Shown here piece by piece: positions 56,568 to 64,000 of a stretch of DNA of 64,000 nucleotides. Below the pieces are notes generated by a model, which saw only the letters and a program-made list of their open reading frames with translations, ran no database searches and was not told the DNA's origin. The DNA is from Diplonema japonicum (lineage: Eukaryota; Protista; Euglenozoa: Diplonemea): positions 310,001 to 374,000 of the forward strand of contig OZ025658.1 of NCBI GenBank assembly GCA_964019335.1, in the 5' to 3' direction. The position numbers and the translations under genes were made by a program. Within the stretch, counting starts at the first letter, position 1. Every line of letters begins with the position of its first letter.

Positions 56568-56876
56568 TTACGATTTCTTGTGACTCGAACCTGGGACTAT
56601 CAGCTCGGCAGCGAAGTTGGGAATTAATTTGGACTCTGGTGTGGCGAGACCCCCGAAGTCATATGTACTATCTCCTTTAGCTGTGATATTTTTTTTTTTG
56701 ACCCCCTTCTTTATATTGTTGCTCCCTGCCATACTATCTTCATCAAAGAAATATTTCCCACCCATGCTGTTGAACAGATTCATAGCCTGCGAGCCCAAGC
56801 TTGTATCGACCTTCCCAAGCGTGGCTCCGGAACCCGTGCCATGGAACCCGTGCATCCTTGGCATGTGGCCGTCCAT
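56568..56876 (-). CDS. Small hypothetical protein (~102 aa)
   Basis: ATG follows an A-tract (MDGHMPRMHG...); coding-like composition. Confidence 0.55.
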   Translation of the reverse strand: MDGHMPRMHGFHGTGSGATLGKVDTSLGSQAMNLFNSMGGKYFFDEDSMAGSNNIKKGVKKKNITAKGDSTYDFGGLATPESKLIPNFAAELIVPGSSHKKS

Positions 56877-56877
56877 T

Positions 56878-56910
<33 letters not shown>

Positions 56911-57008
56911 AAAATGTGTAAATGCTGTATATAACTCCCACCCCCATCCAAATCGGAACATAAAAAAAGAAAAAAAAAAAAAAAAAAGAGGAGTGTACTG
57001 TCTCTCGT

Positions 57009-58010
57009 CTACCCTGTGATGGAAAACAACAGCTCAATATCACCTACCTCGACAGCCCAGGTGGTGGAGTTAACATGCTTACCGTGTACAACTGCCGCCA
57101 TCGCAGCCTTTATGTTCAACGTGTGATCGTACTCGGTAGGGACAGAGGACGAAACGGTGAATTTCACCCCATTGCCGACCAAGTCTTCACACCGGTCCAG
57201 AGAAGGCGAGACCCGCGATGTAGGCCCGGCGGTGAGGGAAAGCGCTTTGTAAAGCCTCTCGCAAGACGGCCAGGAGCGGAACCCAAAGGTTTGATCTGTG
57301 ACAAGGGGAAGGTCTGAATCAAAAGACACCCCACCACGACCCCCTTTCTCTTTAAGAATCTCGGTAGCTGACTTACCAAAAACTACGAACGAATCGTGTT
57401 CTGACTCCACAGTGGAGTAGGTCCCGTGGACCTTGTACCCACCACCGCTCCATTTTCTGTACAAATATTTTGCCTTGTGCATGTTTTCATTTACAGTGTC
57501 TTTTCCATGTGCGGTTTCGATGGTCTTGTAAACAGGGTTTTCATCGATTACAAGAATGACCCATGCGCTGCCGTGCCCGCCGCATTGTGAGATTTTAGTG
57601 TCCATTCCTTTTTTTTCCATCCCGCCCTTGCCCCAGTACAGCCGCCATAGGTCTTCCTTGTAGTATTTCTTAGGCGGCCGCCATTCCGCCGCGTGGAACG
57701 GTTTGAACTTTTTCTCGATGTCGGTGAATATTCTGTCCCGTTGCTTTCTTGCGCCATTCCATATGATGAACAGTTGGACGTCTGCCTCTTCGGTGGTTGG
57801 GGGGGGTGCTGTTGGGGGGGGTGTTTGCTTGTTTGGTTTAGCAGCTGTCCTCGGGTTTTCTTCCTCTTCCTCCGTTGTTTTCCTCGCTTGTATGTCTTTC
57901 ATCCTTCCTACTTTGTCCTGCAGCCTTGTGAAGTTCCATACGCCCCCACACATTATCACACCGATGAGCAACAAAAATACCTTCACAGGCTGTCGACGAG
58001 GGGGCGCCAT
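57009..58010 (-). CDS. Type II membrane protein with a luminal domain resembling uncharacterised bacterial proteins (NDK-like fold suspected)
   Basis: N-terminal TM and Pro/Thr stem; domain LFIIW...KISQCGG...VIDENPVY...KYLYRKWSGGGYKVHGTYSTVESEHD. The family resemblance is from recall, not a search. Confidence 0.7.
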   Translation of the reverse strand: MAPPRRQPVKVFLLLIGVIMCGGVWNFTRLQDKVGRMKDIQARKTTEEEEENPRTAAKPNKQTPPPTAPPPTTEEADVQLFIIWNGARKQRDRIFTDIEKKFKPFHAAEWRPPKKYYKEDLWRLYWGKGGMEKKGMDTKISQCGGHGSAWVILVIDENPVYKTIETAHGKDTVNENMHKAKYLYRKWSGGGYKVHGTYSTVESEHDSFVVFGKSATEILKEKGGRGGVSFDSDLPLVTDQTFGFRSWPSCERLYKALSLTAGPTSRVSPSLDRCEDLVGNGVKFTVSSSVPTEYDHTLNIKAAMAAVVHGKHVNSTTWAVEVGDIELLFSITG

Positions 58011-58141
58011 TCTCTTATTTTTTTCACCCCACCTTTTTTTTTTTCCCCCCCCTTTTTTTTTTTAAAGTGGGGTTTCAAGAAATCGAAAGAAGAAGAAAAA
58101 AAAAAGAGAGAGAGATGTGTGGGAACCAGAAGGTGCACAAG

Positions 58142-58174
<33 letters not shown>

Positions 58175-58186
58175 AAAACTCCATTC

Positions 58187-58369
58187 TCAAGCTACGCTAG
58201 TGTACATAGAAAGACATCGAAACCCTGTGCTCTGACACCTTGTTTCAGCCATTTTTTTGGAGCAGTCCCTCCACCCCTTGGAGGAGCGGCGGCCGCAAAT
58301 CGCTTTCAAGCATTCAGCTTGCTCGTTGTCAGCCTTCCGAAGGCAGCTCTCCGCGGCGCTGGGGGCCAT
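58187..58369 (-). CDS. Candidate 60-aa Cys-rich microprotein (or exon)
   Basis: Complex-sequence island between homopolymer spacers; ATG directly after aaaaatatcAG; six Cys residues. Confidence 0.45.
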   Translation of the reverse strand: MAPSAAESCLRKADNEQAECLKAICGRRSSKGWRDCSKKMAETRCQSTGFRCLSMYTSVA

Positions 58370-58550
58370 CTGATATTTTTGTGTTACGGGAGGGAGGGGG
58401 GAGGTTGAACCCTTGTTTTATTAATTAAAAATTTGCTTTCCACAAAAACCCCCCACATATTTTCTCACAAAAAAAAACAAGAAAAACAAAAAAAAAAAAA
58501 AAAAAAAAAAAAAAAACGTTGGTGTAAAAAAGAGAAAAGGGATTATCCCA

Positions 58551-59657
58551 TCACAGCTTAGCTTTGTCTACTATGTTGCTAAGCACCTCTTTCGGGACAC
58601 CGAACTCTCTAGCGGCGTCTAAAAGACCCGACCAGACAGGTGCCGGGATGGGGACGCCATTCGAGGTACGGTGCTTCTTAGTGAGACGCTCGGGTTCCCC
58701 AGGAAGAAGGATGGGGGTGGAAGGGTCCACCCTTCGTGTCCGCCTTGCAAAATCCATAAAGGCTGCCACCTCATCAAGACTGCCCCCGAGCTTGGAGGGA
58801 TCGATAACTATCCCGAACACATTGTTGACAGGCGACTGGTCTTCAGGTGTGCAATGACGAGGGTTCTTGGGGTGCAATGTCTTACCCCCTGTTAAACCCC
58901 CTGCAATCAATTCAACGGCCAAGGCAAGCCCGCTCCCCTTATGGTCGCCAAAAGGGAGTAACGCACCTTTAGGAGGATTGATAACGTCATACGGGTGAGT
59001 AGAGGGCTTACCTTCATGATCAAGAAGAAGCCCCTGTGGGATCTCTGTCATGCCCTTAGCTATCATGTTTTTAACCTTCCCCAGAGCTACCTTTGACGTT
59101 GCGAAGTCTAAGATGAAGTCGCCCGGTTCACCCGTTCGCTTTGGTAACGCGATGCAAATTGGATTCGTGCACACCACTGCCGAGGAGCCGCCATGGAGCG
59201 AGACCAAAGGATCGTGATCTGCAACCGCTGCCATGAAGAACCCAACAAGACCTTGATCCACTACTTGCTGTCCGTACGACCCCAGCCTGCCGATGTGTCC
59301 TGCGTTGTGGAAGGACAGCACGGAGACGGAGTCTTTCTTCGTCTTCTCGATGCATATGTCGACGGCCTCTCGGAGAGTTCGGTGGCCGAAAGAGTGTACC
59401 TTCCCCTCACCCGCGTCCACTCGGACCACCGGGCCTTCTTCGTTGACCTTCATCTGCACACCGCCTCTCAAACGGCCCGATTTTATCCCGCCCCTGTACA
59501 GCATGATCATCTGCACCCCATGGCTGTCGTGGCCTTGCAGGTTGCTCTCGACGAGATGCTCGCCCACAATGCGTGCCTCATCCCGCGGGCAACCCATCCC
59601 CTCCAAGATCGATTTGGTCAAATCGAGGAGTGCGGCTGGGGGGACACGGCGGTCCAT
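58551..59657 (-). CDS. Ldh_2 family (YbiC/HcxB/AllD-like) NAD(P)-dependent 2-hydroxyacid dehydrogenase with C-terminal PTS1-like AKL
   Basis: HLVESNLQGHDSHGV, HIGRLGSYG, TNPICIALP, LDFATSKVALGKV, LLPFGDHKGSGLAL and LLPGEPE; ends DKAKL*. Confidence 0.92.
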   Translation of the reverse strand: MDRRVPPAALLDLTKSILEGMGCPRDEARIVGEHLVESNLQGHDSHGVQMIMLYRGGIKSGRLRGGVQMKVNEEGPVVRVDAGEGKVHSFGHRTLREAVDICIEKTKKDSVSVLSFHNAGHIGRLGSYGQQVVDQGLVGFFMAAVADHDPLVSLHGGSSAVVCTNPICIALPKRTGEPGDFILDFATSKVALGKVKNMIAKGMTEIPQGLLLDHEGKPSTHPYDVINPPKGALLPFGDHKGSGLALAVELIAGGLTGGKTLHPKNPRHCTPEDQSPVNNVFGIVIDPSKLGGSLDEVAAFMDFARRTRRVDPSTPILLPGEPERLTKKHRTSNGVPIPAPVWSGLLDAAREFGVPKEVLSNIVDKAKL

Positions 59658-59675
59658 TTTCTTTTTTTTTATATA

Positions 59676-61316
59676 CTGTAAAACGAATAATGTCGGACGG
59701 AAAAATTCTCGGACAGAAAAACTCCCGGACGGAAAAACTCCCGGACACCAAAAAAACCCGGACATTTTTCCGTCCGGGAGTTTTTCTGAGAAGAAGTTTT
59801 TTTACTTAAGGGGGGGTAGCAGCTCCCACCACGTTTGCCTGGAAGGGCTTTATTCCTTGTGCAGAGCCAAAATGTCACCCTGCGTGGCAGTTTGAATTTT
59901 TCTTCCCCTTTCAATGCACCAACAAACAGCACCCACGGGATCTTTAACTTCTCATAAACCCGTACTTCTTTCGTCAGATTGACCAGTTCGACTACCCAAG
60001 GCACGTTGAGCAGCTGGCTTGAGGGGCCCAACTTTGGTGCTGACACCCCCGGCCAGCTCACCCCCGAGATAAACTCCTTACACCGGGCCAGTACAAACCC
60101 CCGAAAGCAGCTTGGCGGCCTCTGCCTCGGTCAGAAGACGGCAGCAACAGGTTCAACAGAGCCCCCGGTTTCTTCCAGACGGAAATACTGGACGTTGCTA
60201 TTCCACCCTACCACACCCTGGCCGCCGCGACGCCGTGATAGCTGCGTATCGCCCAATACGGGATTTAGCATCCTTCGGGGGCTGAAAGATTTTTGCTTGA
60301 GTCGATAGATAAACGGGCTTGGTGAGCCTATCCCAGCACAACAAATATGCACCTATGCAGAAGGGCTGCTGTGCGCCAATCCAGCCCGAAAGACAGACCT
60401 GGTAGACTTTGGTGGGGCACTGTCCTTTTCCACTGGCTAGGCTGACAAAATTTTGCAGCAAGAAAGACAAAAGCCGCAAGCCACCCCCGGAAAGCCCGGA
60501 AACGAGAAGGACAACGAGAAGGCACGCTGTTTCACCATGGAATTCAGGTCCATAATCGACACCCATAAAGTAAGGCCGGAATTGGTCTGGAATACGGGGT
60601 TAAAAACCAAAACAAAAAGGGGTGCTAAGGTCGTAAAAGTCCGTGGCTTGGGGGACAAAACGGGCTATAACCGAACAGCTGGCTGTTTCCTTGGCTGGAT
60701 GGTTAAATACAAAGTCAAAGCGGAAACGCAACCGGCAGGGATTATCCGTGCCCCGGTCAAGCACCCGCCCACCGAATGGAGCCTAACGGCATCGCCCAAT
60801 CATTGGGCTAATTATGATACTCGGTATCTGGGTTACGGAGCTGTTTCTTCCTTTTTGCTATAAATCATCGATCGATTCCCATGGTTTTGCCGAACGGGCA
60901 TATTCTGCTGCTTGTCGGCGACCACAACTCTCATACGACCTATGCCTATGGGTTCGTAGAGTGGTTCGCAGGCGCAAACGTGCACATTGCTTTTGTCCCC
61001 CTGGGCTCACCTACATGGTTCAACCGATGGATATTGGGTTGAACGCAGCTGTAAAGCATCTATTAAGAAAGGTAGTAGGCCACACGAAGGCTCGACAAGC
61101 TGATTGCCTCAGGGGCAGCAAGGGAGGACAAAGATGCAGAAAGGGAACCCTGGGGGTTTCTTCGCGCAGTTGCCGTTTGCAGCCCAGGCCAGTATGTAGG
61201 TGGTAGTGGACCAGGCCCCCTGACGGCCTTACCTAAAAAAGATTCCCGGACGGAAAAATTCCCGGACGCCAAAAAAACTCGGACATTTTTCCGTCCGGGA
61301 GTTTTTCGTTTTACAG
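59676..61316 (+). mobile_element. pogo/Tigger-like (Tc1/mariner superfamily) DNA transposon with a decayed DDE_1 transposase
   Basis: TA target duplication; TIR ctgtaaaacgaa...ttcgttttacag; subterminal (c/t)cggac-gaaaaa repeats; remnants GDKTGYN, SPNHWAN and PPGLTYMVQPMDIGLNAAVKHLLR. Confidence 0.9.
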
Positions 61317-61468
61317 TATTCCCTGAACAAAAAAATTCAGTGAGACGAAAAAAAAAAAAAAAATGGAGTTGAACAACATAACAAAACTACAGGGGTGTGG
61401 GGGGTAATAAAGATCCGGGAATGGAGATAGTCTATTTTTCTTTTTTTTTTTTTGTTTTGTTTTGTTTC

Positions 61469-62888
61469 TCACACAAATGGAAAGGCGAATCCGCGTTCGG
61501 GATGCAGGTTGCCATCCATGTCCTGGTGGGGTTGTTGTTGCCGCTGCTGTTGTTGGAGCTGTTGGCTGTGCAGCCCGGGACGCTTTGCCCCCAACGGGCT
61601 TTCCTGCGCGTCGAGAAAGTTTTGGATCTGCTGCGGGTCGTCCATGTCGATGGTCTCGAGAACCTGGTGGACCATGGTCAGCACGTCCATTTTCTTCTTC
61701 CGCCGACTGGCATGCCTGTGGACAGGCCCGTCCTTGGGCGTGGCTGCGGCACGCCTCTCCGTGAAGATCGAGTCCATAGAATTCCCAGTACTCACAACGC
61801 TCTTCGTTGGAGCATAGCTCGTATAAGTAGTACTGTATGTGTCTGTTTCTGTCCAAGATTCAAGCCCGCTGTCGCTCGCCGTTTCATAGGTTGATGAAAG
61901 TGTCTCCCCGCAAGTGGAACAATGGCTGGACGAGTACGACCCTGTGGATGTGTAACTGTCGCCCGTGTAGCTTGTTGTCCCTGTTCTTGATGATGACGTT
62001 CTGTCGCCTGGATAGTGTATCTCATCGACGCCTTTCACAGCGGCTTTCCGCTTGGGGACTACCTCGGGTTCCAAGCCGAGGGCGGAGGACAGTTTGTTGA
62101 TTTGTCGTGACTGTCTTGCGATGGTCTCAGCGTGTTCTTCCTTTTTGGTGGAGTATTTCTCAACCTCCTTCTCGAGGTCCTCCTTTCTCTGTTTCAGTTT
62201 CTGAATGTGTTCCTCGTACTGTCGTATTCTGGTTTGTCTTGCGGCGGTCGTGCCGTTTTTTTCCTCTTGTCGTTCCTCAAGATACGCTTCCCAAGAGTCT
62301 TCAAGGCCTTCAACGTGAGCTCGGAAGGTGTCCTTTGCCTCTCGGAGCTTCTTTGTCTGCGATTGCATTTTTTGCTTGAGAATCAGGTTTGATTTTTGAA
62401 GTTCAATTGATTTCAATTGAAGTTTTAACTGCATTTCTCGCAGCGTGGCTGTTAAAGGACGGACGGCTTCTGCAGCATGTTCGTACTCTGAAGTGATATC
62501 CTCTGTGTCGAGCATCATGGGGGGTATCGAGTCCATTGCTGCCTTTCGTCTTCTGCACTCTTCTGCCATGACGCGGAGGNNNNNNNNNNNNNNNNNNNNN
62601 NNNNNNNNNNNNNNNNNNNNNNNNNNNNNNNNNNNNNNNNNNNNNNNNNNNNNNNNNNNNNNNNNNNNNNNNNNNNNNNNNNNNNNNNNNNNNNNNNNNN
62701 NNNNNNNNNNNNNNNNNNNNNNNNNNNNNNNNNNNNNNNNNNNNNNNNNNNNNNNNNNNNNNNNNNNNNNNNNNNNNNNCAACACTGACCCCTCGCTTCC
62801 TTCTCGGCCTCATTCCATTCACATTACTGAGATTGCTCGCTGGGTGCACCGATCCAGGCGATCCTGGAGGGGTTGTCGTTCCTACCAT
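61469..62888 (-). CDS. Coiled-coil protein with Ser/Thr-rich and Gln-rich tail, spanning the assembly gap
   Basis: Long ORF downstream of the gap; probable start MVGTTTPPGSP at 62888 on the other side of the gap. Confidence 0.65.
62580..62779. other. Assembly gap (200 N)
   Basis: Run of N. Confidence 1.
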
Positions 62889-63101
62889 TTTCCCCTGTTT
62901 CTTTTTTTTGTTTCCGTCAAGTGCAAAAAAATATATATATAAAATATAAAAAAGATTTACCGGATGGGGCAGTGTAAACTACACGCGAAAAAAAAGGGGT
63001 AAAAAAAAGAAAATGAGGGGATGGAGAGAAAGATAAAGGAAGTGTGTAAATGAATGAGAAAGAGAGTAAGGAGGAAAAAAAAATCACTACTAGGGGGTGC
63101 T

Positions 63102-63204
63102 TCACACTACTTTATCAGCCGGTTCCTCAAATTCTGCTGCGATGGGCTCACCTTTCATCGTCTCCCCTGCATCGTGGATGGTCACAGGAATGAACTCCGG
63201 CTAT

Positions 63205-63262
<58 letters not shown>

Positions 63263-63382
63263 CCCTTCTTCTTTCTCCCCTACCTCCTCTTCACCCCGCT
63301 TCATGTAACGCAAGCACGCTATCACCACTACTAATGGTGCTGCAAGACAAAAGCAAAGAATCGCTATGTGGTAGTCCCTCAT
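63102..63382 (-). CDS. Small single-pass membrane protein (65 aa); intron 63201-63283
   Basis: MRDYHIAILCFCLAAPLVVVIACLRYMKRGEEE|PEFIPVTIHDAGETMKGEPIAAEFEEPADKVV*, in frame after removing the A-tract intron. Confidence 0.65.
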
Positions 63383-63627
63383 GGTTTTTTTTCTTTCTTT
63401 TTTTCTTCCCTTTTTTTTGCTACTTTCCCCTATATAAAGGTGCAAGGGTGTCGTATTAAAAATAAAAATAACATCAAAAAAAAAGAAGGAAAAAAAAAAC
63501 CTCACCCGGCAGTGTAATAATCCAAAGGGCGCAAAAAAAAAAAAAAAAAGAGGGGGTAGCAAAAACGGAGGGGGGTTTTTTAAATGTTTTTTTTTTTAAA
63601 AAGAAATTCCGCCCGGGAAAAAAAAAA

Positions 63628-64000
63628 CTATTCTTTTAAGGTATGCGTTTTTGCGCTCACCGGCCGAGCTGCGCTTAGTCCCCGTTGTCCCCGTTCTGGG
63701 GGCACTGGCGGGTTCCTACTGCGGTGGTCAAACTGCGGGGCAGCCTTGTCGGTGTCTGCGACAGGTACCTGTCCCGCAAGCCTTCGATGCTACTCATGGT
63801 CCGTTCCAGGAGTACTGGCCTCCTGTCATACCCGTGTGTGGTCGGTCCTCCGAGCAGCGTAGGGAGTAGACGCGCTCCACTCGCGCCGCTGGGAACGCTA
63901 CCCCTCTGCCATCAGCGTGGTACAGGTCCTGGACTCGTCTCAGCACATACCGTAGCCTCCTTGCCTTGACGCCCAGGTCCTCCACCTTGCCCACTTCCCC
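63628..64000 (-). mobile_element. Possible 3' end of a third YR-type element
   Basis: GC-rich block ending ccggtgagcgcaaaaacgca...aatagTTTTTTTTTT on the minus strand, similar to the B ends of elements 1 and 2. Confidence 0.3.

Noticed and set aside
59658-59765. N-terminal extension of the dehydrogenase in the ORF track
   Set aside because: It is read from the pogo TIR; the real start is the ATG at 59657.
1-64000. Alternative genetic code or non-canonical intron boundaries
   Set aside because: Long ORFs translate cleanly with the standard code using all three stops, and every intron I could place is GT-AG.

Overview
Eukaryotic, protist-type genomic window. About 25 host genes all lie on the minus strand in one co-directional cluster, separated by spacers full of A/T/G/C homopolymers, and many carry short GT-AG introns. 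This organisation and the gene repertoire (trypanosomatid-type adenylate cyclase, ubiquitin-like/ankyrin paralogs, VIPER/TATE-type retroelements) suggest a euglenozoan, probably a diplonemid (inference). Two signals stand out. (1) Two divergent tyrosine-recombinase retrotransposons (gag-YR-RT/RNaseH; 30135-33721 minus and 51422-55419 plus) have split direct repeats, share a CCG..GCACAAACAA core, carry a WxDN motif in place of YxDD, and sit in T-tracts. Two dispersed ~128-bp solo elements (24113, 38524) correspond to the fused ends of the first element. (2) Most host cis-introns, and several likely trans-splice acceptors, have an A-tract instead of a polypyrimidine tract before the 3' AG. Also present: pogo/Tigger and hAT remnants, MITEs, a Trf4-like protein lacking two catalytic Asp residues, and bacterial-type enzymes (Pta with a possible presequence, an Ldh_2 dehydrogenase ending in PTS1-like AKL). 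All gene models were spliced by hand; no database searches were run. There is an assembly gap at 62580-62779.
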